DNA of 64,000 nucleotides from positions 195,052,001-195,116,000 of the forward strand of contig NC_042998.1 in NCBI RefSeq assembly GCF_006345805.1. The letters are read 5' to 3'. This DNA is from Octopus sinensis (Eukaryota). Position numbers and translations under genes: made by a program. This document shows positions 39,501-53,600 of the stretch, piece after piece. Below the pieces are notes generated by a model that saw nothing but the letters and a program-made list of their open reading frames with translations, searched no databases and was not told the origin of the DNA. Within the stretch, counting starts at the first letter, position 1. Each line of letters starts with the position of its first letter.

Positions 39501-42500
39501 TTAGTGTGGAGGACTTTGTAGTCCATTTGTATAAGTAAAATTTCTTTAATGTGGAGGACTTTGTAGTCCATTTGTATAAGTAAAATTTCTTTAATGTGGA
39601 GGACTTTGTAGTCCATTTGTATAAGTAAAATTTCTTTAATGTGGAGGACTTTGTAGTCCATTTGTATAAGTAAAATTTCTTTAGTGTGGAGGACTTTGTA
39701 GTCCATTTGTATAAGTAAAATTTCTTTAGTGTGGAGGACTTTGTAGTCCATTTGTATAAGTAAAATTTCTTTAGTGTGGAGGACTTTGTAGTCCATTTGT
39801 ATAAGTAAAATTTCTTTAATGTGGAGGACTTTGTAGTCCATTTGTATAAGTAAAATTTCTTAATGTGGAGGACTTTGTAGTCCATTTGTATAAGTAAAAT
39901 TTCTTTAATGTGGAGGACTTTGTAGTCCATTTGTATAAGTAAAATTTCTTTAATGTGGAGGACTTTGTAGTCCATTTGTATAAGTAAAATTTCTTTAATG
40001 TGGAGGACTTTGTAGTAGCCATTTGTATAAGTAAAATTTCTTTAATGTGGAGGACTTTGTAGTCCATTTGTATAAGTAAAATTTCTTTAATGTGGAGGAC
40101 TTTGTAGTCCATTTGTATAAGTAAAATTTCTTTAATGTGGAGGACTTTGTAGTCCATTTGTATAAGTAAAATTTCTTTAATGTGGAGGACTTTGTAGTCA
40201 TTTGTATAAGTAAAATTTCTTTAATGTGGAGGACTTTGTAGTCCATTTGTATAAGTAAATTTCTTTAATGTGGAGGACTTTGTAGTCCATTTGTATAAGT
40301 AAATTTCTTTAATGTGGAGGACTTTGTAGTCCATTGTATAAGTAAAATTTCTTTAATGTGGAGGACTTTGTAGTCCATTTGTATAAGTAAAATTTCTTAA
40401 TGTGGAGGACTTTGTAGTCCATTGTATAAGTAAAATTTCTTTAATGTGGAGGACTTTGTAGTCCATTTGTATAAGTAAAATTTCTTTAATGTGGAGGACT
40501 TTGTAGTCCATTGTATAAGTAAAATTCTTTAATGTGGAGGACTTTGTAGTCCATTTGTATAAGTAAAATTTCTTTAGTGTGGAGGACTTTGTAGTCCATT
40601 TGTATAAGTAAAATTTCTTTAGTGTGGAGGACTTTGTAGTCCATTTGTATAAGTAAAATTTCTTTAGTGTGGAGGACTTTGTAGTCCATTTGTATAAGTA
40701 AAATTTCTTTAATGTGGAGGACTTTGTAGTCCATTTGTATAAGTAAAATTTCTTTAATGTGGAGGACTTTGTAGTCCATTTGTATAAGTAAAATTTCTTT
40801 AGTGTGGAGGACTTTGTAGTCCATTTGTATAAGTAAAATTTCTTTAGTGTGGAGGACTTTGTAGTCCATTTGTATAAGTAAAATTTCTTTAATGTGGAGG
40901 ACTTTGTAGTCCATTTGTATAAGTAAAATTCTTTAGTGTGGAGGACTTGGTTTGTAGTCCATTGTATAAGTAAAATTTCTTTAATGTGGAGGACTTTGTA
41001 GTCCATTTGTATAAGTAAAATTTCTTTAATGTGGAGGACTTTGTAGTCCATTTGTATAAGTAAAATTTCTTTATGTGGAGGACTTTGTAGTCCATTTGTA
41101 TAAGTAAAATTTCTTTAATGTGGAGGACTTTGTAGTCCATTGTGTATAAGTAAAATTTCTTTAATGTGGAGGACTTTGTAGTCCATTTGTATAAGTAAAA
41201 TTTCTTTAATGTGGAGGACTTTGTAGTCCATTTGTATAAGTAAAATTTCTTTAATGTGGAGGACTTTGTAGTCCATTTGTATAAGTAAAATTTCTTTAAT
41301 GTGGAGGACTTTGTAGTCCATTTGTATAAGTAAAATTTCTTTAATGTGGAGGACTTTGTAGTCCATTTGTATAAGTAAAATTTCTTTAATGTGGAGGACT
41401 TGTAGTCCATTTGTATAAGTAAAATTCTTTAATGTGGAGGACTTTGTAGTCCATTTGTATAAGTAAAATTTCTTTAATGTGGAGGACTTTGTAGTCCATT
41501 TGTATAAGTAAAATTTCTTAATGTGGAGGACTTTGTAGTCCATTTGTATAAGTAAAATTCTTTAATGTGGAGGACTTTGTAGTCCATTTGTATAAGTAAA
41601 ATTTCTTTAATGTGGAGGACTTTGTAGTCCATTTGTATAAGTAAAATTTCTTTAATGTGGAGGACTTTGTAGTCATTTGTATAAGTAAAATTTCTTTAAT
41701 GTGGAGGACTTTGTAGTCCATTTGTATAAGTAAAATTTCTTTAATGTGGAGGACTTTGTAGTCCATTTGTATAAGTAAAATTTCTTTAATGTGGAGGACT
41801 TTGTAGTCCATTTGTATAAGTAAAATTTTTTAGTGTGGAGGACTTTGTAGTCCATTTGTATAAGTAAAATTTCTTTAGTGTGGAGGACTTTGTAGTCCAT
41901 TGTATAAGTAAAATTTCTTTAGTGTGGAGGACTTTGTAGTCCATTTGTATAAGTAAAATTTCTTTAGTGTGGAGGACTTTGTAGTCCATTTGTATAAGTA
42001 AAATTTCTTTAATGTGGAGGACTTTGTAGTCCATTGTATAAGTAAAAATTTCTTTAATGTGGAGGACTTTGTAGTCCATTTGTATAAGTAAAATTTCTTT
42101 AATGTGGAGGACTTTGTAGTCATTTGTATAAGTAAAATTTCTTTAATGTGGAGGACTTTGTAGTCCATTTGTATAAGTAAATTTCTTTAATGTGGAGGAC
42201 TTTGTAGTCCATTGTATAAGTAAAATTTCTTTAATGTGGAGGACTTTGTAGTCCATTTGTATAAGTAAAAATTTCTTTAATGTGGAGGACTTTGTAGTCC
42301 ATTTGTATAAGTAAAATTTCTTTAATGTGGAGGACTTTGTAGTCCATTTGTATAAGTTAAAATTCTTTAGTGTGGAGGACTTTGTAGTCCATTTGTATAA
42401 GTAAAATTTCTTTAGTGTGGAGGACTTTGTAGTCCATTTGTATAAGTAAAATTTCTTAGTGTGGAGGACTTTGTAGTCCATTTGTATAAGTAAAATTTCT

Positions 42501-45500
42501 TTAATGTGGAGGACTTTGTAGTCCATTTGTATAAGTAAAATTTCTTTAATGTGGAGGACTTTGTAGTCCTTTGTATAAGTAAAATTTCTTTAATGTGGAG
42601 GACTTTGTAGTCCATTTGTATAAGTAAAATTTCTTTAATGTGGAGGACTTTGTAGTCCATTTGTATAAGTAAAATTTCTTTAATGTGGAGGACTTTGTAG
42701 TCCATTTGTATAAGTAAAATTTCTTTAATGTGGAGGACTTTGTAGTCCATTTGTATAAGTAAAATTTCTTTAATGTGGAGGACTTGTAGTCCATTTGTAT
42801 AAGTAAAATTTCTTTAATGTGGAGGACTTTGTAGTCCATTTGTATAAGTAAAATTCTTTAATGTGGAGGACTTTGTAGTAGTCCATTTGTATAAGTAAAA
42901 TCTTTAATGTGGAGGACTTGTAGTATTTGTCATTTGTATAAGTAAAATTTCTTTAATGTGGAGGACTTTGTAGTCCATTTGTATAAGTAAAATTTCTTAA
43001 TGTGGAGGACTTTGTAGTCCATTTGTATAAGTAAAATTTCTTTAATGTGGAGGACTGTAGTCCATTTGTATAAGTAAAATTTCTTTAATGTGGAGGACTT
43101 TGTAGTCCATTTGTATAAGTAAAATTTCTTTAATGTGGAGGACTTGTAGTCCATTTGTATAAGTAAAATTTCTTTAATGTGGAGGACTTTGTAGTCCATT
43201 TGTATAAGTAAAATTTCTTTAATGTGGAGGACTTTGTAGTCCATGTATAAGTAAAATTTCTTAATGTGGAGGACTTTGTAGTCCATTTGTATAAGTAAAA
43301 TTTCTTTAATGTGGAGGACTTTGTAGTCCATTTGTATAAGTAAAAATTTCTTTAATGTGGAGGACTTTGTAGTCCATTTGTATAAGTAAAATTTCTTTAA
43401 TGTGGAGGACTTTGTAGTCCATTTGTATAAGTAAAATTTCTTTAATGTGGAGGACTTTGTAGTCCATTTGTATAAGTAAAATTTCTTTAATGTGGAGGAC
43501 TTTGTAGTCCATTTGTATAAGTAAAATTTCTTTAGTGTGGAGGACTTTGTAGTCCATTTGTATAAGTAAATTTCTTTAGTGTGGAGGACTTGTAGTCCAT
43601 TTGTATAAGTAAAATTTCTTTAGTGTGTGGAGGACTTTGTAGTCCATTTGTATAAGTAAAATTTCTTTAATGTGGAGGACTTTGTAGTCCATTTGTATAA
43701 GTAAATTTCTTTAATGTGGAGGACTTTGTAGTCCATTTGTATAAGTAAAATTTCTTTAGTGTGGAGGACTTTGTAGTCCATTTGTATAAGTAAAATTTCT
43801 TTAATGTGGAGGACTTTGTAGTCCATTTGTATAAGTAAAATTCTTTAATGTGGAGGACTTTGTAGTCCATTTGTATAAGTAAAATTTCTTTAATGTGGAG
43901 GACTTTGTAGTCCATTTGTATAAGTAAAATTTCTTAATGTGGAGGACTTTGTAGTCCATTTGTATAAGTAAAATCTCTTAATGTGGAGGACTTTGTAGTC
44001 CATTTGTATAAGTAAAATTTCTTAATGTGGAGGACTTTGTAGTCCATTTGTATAAGTAAAATTTCTTTAATGGGAGGACTTTGTAGTCCATGTTGTAAAG
44101 TAAATTTCTTTAGTGTGGAGGACTTTGTAGTCCATTTGTATAAGTAAAATTTCTTTAATGTGGAGGACTTTGTAGTCCATTTGTATAAGTAAAATTTCTT
44201 TAATGGTGGAGGACTTTGTAGTCCATTTGTATAAGTAAAATTTCTTTAATGTGGAGGACTTTGTAGTCCATTTGTATAAGTAAAATTTCTTTAATGTGGA
44301 GGACTTTGTAGTCCATTTGTATAAGTAAAATTCTTTAATGTGGAGGACTTTGTAGTCCATTTGTATAAGTAAAATTTCTTTAGTGTGTGAGGACTTTGTA
44401 GTCCATTTGTATAAGTAAAATTTCTTAATGTGGAGGACTTGTAGTCCATTTGTATAAGTAAAATTTCTTTAATGTGGAGGACTTTGTAGTCCATTTGTAT
44501 AAGTAAAATTTCTTTAATGTGGAGGACTTTGTAGTCCATTTGTATAGTAAAATTTCTTTAATGTGGAGGACTTTGTAGTCCATTTGTATAAGTAAAATTT
44601 CTTTAGTGTGGAGGACTTTGTAGTCCATTTGTATAAGTAAAATTTTTTATGTGGAGGACTTTGTAGTCCATTTGTATAAGTAAAATTTCTTTAATGTGGA
44701 GGACTTTGTAGTCCATTTGTATAAGTAAAATTTCTTTAGTGTGGAGGACTTTGTAGTCCATTTGTATAAGTAAAATTTCTTTAATGTGGAGGACTTTGTA
44801 GTCCATTTGTATAAGTAAAATTTCTTTATGTGGAGGACTTTGTAGTCCATTTGTATAAGTAAAATTTCTTTAATGTGGAGGACTTTGTAGTCCATTTGTA
44901 TAAGTAAAATTTCTTTAATGTGGGGACTTTGTAGTCCATTTGTATAAGTAAAATTTCTTTAATGTGGAGGACTTTGTAGTCCATTTGTATAAGTAAAATT
45001 TCTTTAATGTGGAGGACTTGTAGTCCATTTGTATAAGTAAAATTTCTTTAATGTGGAGGACTTTGTAGTCCATTTGTATAAGTAAAATTTCTTTAATGTG
45101 GAGGACTTTGTAGTCCATTTGTATAAGTAAAATTTCTTTAATGTGGAGGACTTTGTAGTCCTTTGTATAAGTAAAAATTTCTTTAATGTGGAGGACTTTG
45201 TAGTCCATTTGTATAAGTAAATTTCTTTAATGTGGAGGACTTTGTAGTCCATTTGTATAAGTAAAATTTCTTTAATGTGGAGGACTTTGTAGTCCATTTG
45301 TATAAGTAAAATTTCTTTAATGTGGAGGACTTTGTAGTCCATTTGTATAAGTAAAATTCTTTAATGTGGAGGACTTTTGTAGTCATTTGTATAAGTAAAA
45401 TTTCTTTAATGTGGAGGACTTTGTAGTCCATTTGTATAAGTAAAATTTCTTTAATGTGGAGGACTTTGTAGTCCATTTGTATAAGTAAAATTTCTTAATG

Positions 45501-48500
45501 TGGAGGACTTTGTAGTCCATTTGTATAAGTAAAATTTCTTTGTGTGGAGGACTTTGTAGTCCATTTGTATAAGTAAAATTTCTTTAGTGTGGAGGACTTT
45601 GTAGTCCATTTGTATAAGTAAAATTTCTTTATGTGGAGGACTTTGTAGTCCATTTGTATAAGTAAAATTTCTTTAATGTGGAGGACTTGTAGTCCATTGA
45701 TAAGTAAAATTCTTTAATGTGGAGGACTTTGTAGTCCATTGTATAAGTAAATTTTAATGTGGAGGACTTTGTAGTCCATTTGTATAAGTAAAATTTCTTT
45801 AATGTGGAGGACTTTGTAGTCCATTTGTATAAGTAAAATTTCTTTAATGTGGAGGACTTTGTAGTCCATTTGTATAAGTAAAATTTCTTTAATGTGAGGA
45901 CTTGTAGTCCATTTGTATATAAGTAAAATTCTTTAATGTGGAGGACTTTGTAGTCCATTTGTATAAGTAAAATTTCTTTAATGTGGAGGACTTTGTAGTC
46001 CATTTGTATAAGTAAAAATTTTTAATGTGGAGGACTTTGTAGTCCATTTGTATAAGTAAAATTTCTTTAATGTGGAGGACTTTGTAGTCCATTTGTATAA
46101 GTAAAATTTCTTTAATGTGGAGGACTTTGTAGTCCATTTGTATAAGTAAAATTTCTTTAATGTGGAGGACTTTGTAGTCCATTGCTGCTTACATCAGTAA
46201 CAGCTACACATTTCTTTCCTTAATATTGCAGCTGCAGGTAATTGCACAAGACAGTAATGTTGTTCCTCAAAATTCTGAACGTCGTTTAATAATCAAGATT
46301 ATAGATGTTAATGACAATAAGCCAAAATTTCCTGTTTCCGTAAGTTGATTTCTGTTATCTTTTTATGCCTTATATAATATCACATGTAATAGTCATATAA
46401 AATGTAATAGCCAACTATCATCATCATCATCATCATCAAATTCCCTTAACTGGTGCAGCTAGTTTTTTGAGTGTCACTTTAGATGCTTTTGAAGTCAGCA
46501 GTTGTCACTGGTCTCTATTCTCTATCATGCATACCTGGGTTGCAGGGATGTGACCTGTCCAGTCTTTGTTGTTGTCAAACCAGAATTTTCTCTATCTGCC
46601 TCTCTTTTGCTCTCCCTTAACTGTGCCCTAAAGGATAGATTTGGACAGGAAGTTGTGGCAGGAGTTTAGACAGGGAGTTGTGAACATATCAGGCAAGCTT
46701 TTGTCTTTATCTGCTACAGTGGCTAATTAAGTTGGCCGTTCTTTAATTTTGGGTTCTTCAGTGATTGGGTCCACTCCTTTGGTCACTACTTTGTCTTCCA
46801 TATCTTGTGACTGGTAACCATTAGTGCCTTGTTAAGTTTTGGCCCTGAGTTTGTGATTGCAAAGGTCTTTGCAATACGCAGACCATCTTTTGATCATATC
46901 AGTCTCATCTGCAAGGAGCTGACCTGTTTTGTCCTCAGTGATAGAGGGGATATGTTTCTTTGTTTACATTGGGATTTTGAGAGTTTAATCAGGTACAGAA
47001 AAGGCTACACTAAAATTATTATCTGAAAAGTGCAACATAAATATGTCAGTGAAACGGTTAAAGAGTTTATTACTTTAAAAGTTCATTATAACATAGTGTT
47101 AGCTCATATTTTGATTGTGAACTTGTTACATAAATTTCTGATTTAACTTCAGAAACGTGAGTTGACAATGGGGTGGCAAATGTCAAGGGGGGTTAAGGGA
47201 AGATGGAGGCATTGGGTGTTTTGAAGGCCTGTGACCAGTACAATTCTTATATTTATACATATTTTTAAGGAAATTTTTGTCAGGATTAGAATATGAGTAG
47301 GACATTGTATTATCAGTGTGCGGAAACATGACTGATGATGCACCAAGGTCCAGTATATTGTCATTATATAATTCCTTGACTTCATTAGCAATTTCTATTA
47401 AAATTTAATGTAGGGAGTACTAGTCCATGCAGATATCATCATCATCATCATCGTCGTTTAAAGTCCGCTTTCCGTGCTAGCATGGCTTGGACGGTTTGAC
47501 TGTGGGCTGGCAAACCAGATGGCTGCACCAGGCTCCAGTCTTGATCTGGCAGAGTTTCTACAGCTGGATGCCCTTCCTAACGCCAACCACTCCAAGAATG
47601 TAGTGGGTGCTTTTTACATGCCACCTGGATAGAATAAGGTTTAATAAGCCACACATCAAAATTAGTTTCTGTTTTATTAAAATTTTTTATTTTTGTTTTT
47701 GGTTTTGTTTTTGCAAACATGAGGACTTCATCATCATCATCATCATCATTATCATCATTATCATCATCGTTTAATGTCCGGTATTTGTAAAATGCAAATT
47801 CAGTAAAAGGGAGCAGTAAGCTATAATAAGATCAGTGACAAAACAGGTTTGTGTCACTCAAAGAATCTGTTGCCATAAAGATTCTCTGTAACAGCTCATC
47901 ATCTCAGGATTCTCATCATGTTACACTAAAATTATCATCCAGATTGTGTGTGTATAGTACCATATATCTAAACAACTTGTTACGTCTGTATTTATTAACA
48001 TCTGTATTTAGTTAAGTCTGTATTTATTAACATCTGATAAACTAAACGTTCTTTTGCAATTAGAGAGAAATTTCTTTAAAATATCTAACATTTCACTGAT
48101 TTCCATTTACAGAATGGCCAAGTTTTACCCTACAATTTCCAAGTAAAGGAAGATTCTCAACCCGTTTTCCTTATTGGAAGAGTTCTTGCTAGTGACAGCG
48201 ATCTGAATTCTAGCGTTTATTATCAAATTCTGTGTGAGTAACTGTTTATTGCACTTCTAGCTTTATTATTACTGATAACGAGGTTTTTATCTGAAGATTT
48301 GATAAATCACAGACAATATGACACGAAACTGAAAAAGAATAATGATATTATGAATCACATATTCATCAAATCCATACTAGCATAGAAAATAAATGTTAAA
48401 TTGATGGTAAATTGATGTTTGTACTGCTACGGATGATGATAACATTGCCAATACCATCAACCCTCTCCTGTTGCTGCTATCAATGAATATATTAGACATG

Positions 48501-50632
48501 GGATGAGGTGGTAAGCATGACCTCTGAACGTTGGATCTCACAGAGGCAATGATGAAAGACCGAGACCTCTGGAGATATGCTGTGACTGTGAAGACCTGAC
48601 AAATAATGTGAGTTCATGGCTGTTTCCTGCACCAGCTTCACATAGAAGCCCCAGCCTTTTTAAAGTGCCTTGGATCGCGGGACAACCTGCTGTGCTTACC
48701 TTGGATCATAGGGCAACCTGCTGGGCTCGAGGAGACCTATTGAGTCAAGTACATCACCATCAACATCAAAAAATCAAATGGAAATTGCAGTTGTGATACC
48801 TGTGCCGGTAGCACATAAAATGCACCATCTGTACGTGGCCGATGGCACGTAAAAAGCACCATCCATACATGGCCGATGCCAGCGCTGCCTTGACTGGCCT
48901 CCATGCCAGTGGCACATAAAAAGCACCAACCGATTGTGGCTGTTGCCAGCCTCTCCTAGCACCTGTGCCGGTGACATGTAAAAAGTACTATCCGTACGTG
49001 GTCGATGCCAGTGCTGCCTTGATTGGCTTCCGTGCCAGTGGCATGTAAAAAGCACCAACCAATCGTGGCCGATGCCAGCCTCCCCTGGCACCTGTGCCGG
49101 TGGCACGTAAAAAGCACCCACTACACTCACGGAGTGGTTGGCGTTAGGAAGGGCATCCAGCTGTAGAAACCTTGTCAGATCAGACTGGAGCCTGGTGCAG
49201 CCTCCTGGCTTCCCAGACCCTGGTTGAACCGTCCAACCCATGGTAGCATGGAAAACAGACAATTGAAAACGGATGATGATGATGGTGATGATGTTGATGA
49301 TTCAGCCAATACACAGTTCTTGCAGTAAAGTTTATTTTTTTATTATGTTTAACCATGATGTTGCTATATCTTTTAACTAAGGCGGCAAACTGGCAGAAAC
49401 GTTACCATGCCGGGCGTAATGCGTGGCCGCATTTCGTCTGCCGTTACGTTGTGAGTTCAAATTCCGCCGAGGTCGACTTTGCCTTTCATCCTTTCGAGGT
49501 CGATAAATTAAGTACCAGTTACGCACTGGGGTCTATGTAATTGACTTAATCCCTTTGTCTGTCCCTTCTATGTTTAGCCCCTTGTGGGCAATAAAGAAAT
49601 ATATCTTTTAACTGGAATATTATTTTATAATTATACTTTTTGTTTTCTATTCTTTTATTTCCAGCTGGGAATTCAGAAAATATATTCAGTTTGAACCAAA
49701 TTACTGGAGCCCTATCACTGGAGAACCCAGTTGACCGTGACAATATCAGTTCTTTTTCTTTGAATATAGAGGCAATGGACAGTCTTACCAGCTATGATCT
49801 TATAACCCCAAATCATATAAGGAGACTGGAAAGGAAGTGGGCTGATCTGAATGTAGCCCATATCAATGTAGAAATTATTGATGTAAATGATGAGGTGCCA
49901 AAGTTTTCACAGGAAGAGTATTATGGATGTAAGTACCAGTAATATAGCAGTAATATTCTAACTTATAAATACAAGATGGCTGAGTGTTTAAGAAGACCAC
50001 TCCACAGTCATGCGGTGTGGGGGTTCAATCCTACTGCGTGATATCTTGAAAAAATGCTTATCATAGCTTCAGGTTGATGAAGTCTTGTTAGAATTGTTCG
50101 CAAAAAAGGAAACTTGGTGGAAGCCTTTTGGATGGATTTTACTAGAAATTTAAGAGTCCACTGTGTTACACTAGTTCTAATTGAGAATTACATTAAGGAC
50201 ATATGTGTCTGTGGTATATTCAGCCACTAAATATTTACCACGAAAAAATGACAAAGACACCTTTTTAACAGCTTATGATAGCAATGATAGTTTATGACAC
50301 TATTATACCAGAAATACAACCATACTTTTGATGAATAAATATTATATCAGTTTATGGCAGTGTCACATAAAGAATATTGCTTCTTGTCTGGGCAGCAAAG
50401 TAAAGCATACTCTTACTCTTTTACTCTTTTACTTGTTTCAGTCATTTGACTGCGGCCATGCTGGAGCACCGCCTTTAGTCGAGCAACTCGACCCCGGGAC
50501 TTATTCTTTGTAAGCCCAGTACTTATTCTATCGGTCTCTTTTGGCGAACCGCTAAGTGACGGGGACATAAACACACCAGCATCGGTTGTCAAGCAATGCT
50601 AGGGGGACAAACACAGACACAAAAACATACAT

Positions 50633-50674
<42 letters not shown>

Positions 50675-53600
50675 TTATATGTATATATATATATATACAT
50701 ATATACGACGGGCTTCTTTCAGTTTCCGTCTACCAAATCCATTCACAAGGCTTTGGTCGGCCCGAGGCTATAGTAGAAGACACTTGCCCAAGGTTCTACG
50801 CAGTGGGACTGAACCCGGAACCATGTGGTTGGTAAACAAGCTACTTACCACACAGCCACTCCTGTTGATGTTTTGTTAGTTCTTAGAAGGCTGATTGCTC
50901 AGGAAACCCAGGGGTGTAAGCATTTTCTTTACTGAGCAGTTAAGCTATTTATCATATGGTCACAAGTTCAAATTTTACTGTCATCGTTTTATCAGTAATC
51001 CTTGAACACATAACTTCCTTTTGCATCAACCCAGTTTACATGAATGACAAAAGCTGGGTCCTTACCGTACAGATCGAAAGAAATTACCTGAACCCATGGA
51101 AAGCATGGAAAAACTGAGTGTAGAACAGGAAAGCAAATACGAGTTGTCTATATGACTCTCCATATTTATGAACTTTTGATATTATACATAGTTTCACTAT
51201 CCTCCCTCCTCCTCCTCTTCTTCTTCCACTTCTTCCTCCTCCTCTTCTTCCACTTCCTCCTCCTCTACCACTTCCTCCTCCACTTCCCCCTCCTCTTCTT
51301 CCTCTTCCTCCTCCTCCACCACATTCCCCCTCCTCCTCCTCATCTCCCTCTTCCTCCACCTTCTCCCCCTCCTCTTCTCCCCCTCCCCTTCCCCTCTTCT
51401 TCCACCTCCTCCTCCTCTGCTGCCTCCTCCTCCACTTCCCCCTCCTCTGCCACTTCCTCCTTCTCTGCCACCACATCCTCCTTCTCCTCCTCCTCCACTT
51501 CCTCCTCCTCTACCACTTCCTCCTCCTCTACCACTTCCTTTTCCTCCACTTCCCCCTCCTCTGCCACTTCCTCCTTCTCTGCCACAACCTTCTCCTCTTC
51601 CTCCACTTCCTCCTCCTCTACCACTTCTTCCTCCTCTACCACTTCCTCCTCCTCTGCCACCTCCTCCTCCAGCTCCCCCTCCCCCTCCTCCACCACCACC
51701 GCCTCCTCCCCTTCCTCCTCCTATTGTGTTATACTACTCATTGGGCCATCCTTGGAAGATATCAGATCAGTTCTAATTTCAAACTACAAGACATTTCGTT
51801 CAATGCCCTACCAATTTTATCCTCCTGATATCGTCTATGAATCCTCTTTACAAACCTTTTATTTCTAAAAAACCTTTTTCTACGCTTGTTTCAATCAGGT
51901 ATTTCGACTGAAGATGGCCTCATGAGAAGCATCCTCACTGTGAAGGCCATCGACAAAGACATTAGCTCAGATTCGTTAGAATACTCATTTGCCAAACTTC
52001 GAACACAAGATGGTTCGGCTATCAAGAAACAAATATTAACCATTGGGAAGAAAAATGGTATCATTCGGAACCAAGAATCAATGAATCAATATAAAGATAC
52101 CGTGTTCCTCATGGATATCATAGCTAATGATACGGAAGCTAAAAATGCAAGCGACACAGCCAAAGGACTGGTGAGTTTATCTTGTTTTTTGCTTATCCCC
52201 TAGAGAACCCAAATTGAGTAAACTTTGACCTGCATGCTTTTTGTAGCTGATTTGGCTGTTATTTCTAACAGGCCAAGCAACTATATAGAGTAGTAGTTCT
52301 CAACCTTTTTCAATATATAATACTCTGAATAAGATGTTAAAAAATGCCACGTCAACAGCATTTTTTAAAGTTTTATTATATATATATATATATCAAGTCA
52401 TCCCATAAGTTCTGTCTGAATTTTGAATAAAGAAAACAAGTGATCAAATGTTATATTTAATTGAAATTTAATCATCAATGTACTTTCCCAAATTATCTAT
52501 GACTTCCTTCCATCTATTTACAAGCTTTTTAATCCCATCAATGTAAAACTCTTTTGGTTTCAAAGCGAAGAACTCTGAAATGTCAGTTTCCACCTCCTCC
52601 TGGCTTGCGAAAGTTATGTCCCCCAAATGATTCTGTAAACTACGAAACATAAGGTAGTCTGAAGAAGCAAGGTCGGAAGAATAAGGTGGATGAGGAATTT
52701 TTTCCCAACCAAGCTCTTCAATCTTCTGTGATGTGATCTTTGCAGTGTGGGGTCGCACATTGTCCTGATGAAACATCACTCCTTTTCGATTCACTAAAGT
52801 GGGTCTTTTTTTCTTCAAAGCTTGGTTCAAACGCTCTAATTGTTGACAGTAGACTTGAGCATTGATTGTTGCATTAGGTGGTAACATTTCAAAGTGAATT
52901 ACTCCTTTGCAATCCCACCAGATAGAGAGAAGAACTTTTTTCCCATGAAGTTCCCTTCTTGGTTGTGGTTGAGTTTTTTCTTATTTACCAAGCCACTGTT
53001 TACGACGTTTAACATTTCAATAGAAGATCTGTTTTGCATTACCAGTCACAAGTCTATCCAAAAAGGGTGAAATGAGTTTGCAAGAATGGAGAGAAGAGCA
53101 GATGTCAAGTCGGAATTTGCAGTTGCTTTTGGACAATTCATTTTCCAAGTTTAGGAAACTTTCCAAGTTGTTGAAGATGATGATGAACAGTTGTGTGGTT
53201 TGAACTAAGATTTATTACCAATTCTTCAATTGATAATGCAGGATTTTCTTCAAGTAATGCCTCAAAGAGCTTATCATCAAACTCAAATGGACGTCCTGTT
53301 TGATCTTCATCTTCAAGGCTGAAATCTCCACTTCTGAATTTTGCAAACCATTTTCTGCAAGTTCTTTCATTCAAGCATTCTTTCTCATAAACTGAGTGTA
53401 TATATCAAGTCGCTTCGACTGTAGAGTTTCCTTTTTTGTACTCATAAAGCATTATGTGCCTTAAATGCTCTTTGGATACTTGCATGTCAGAAAGGGTTTT
53501 AATCAAAGAAATTTTAATTCTATTATTCTATAAAATAATATTCAATTAGTTTAAATGTACACAAATGCATAAAAATAATTTTTAATTCCATTAGACATTC

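Noticed and set aside
39255-46183. CRISPR array or repeat-protein gene ([15 protein letters not shown] / [15 protein letters not shown] ORFs on the - strand)
   Set aside because: Units are contiguous with no unique spacers, there are no cas genes, and the context is a eukaryotic intron. The ORFs arise because the unit length is a multiple of 3, and they are broken by frequent indels.
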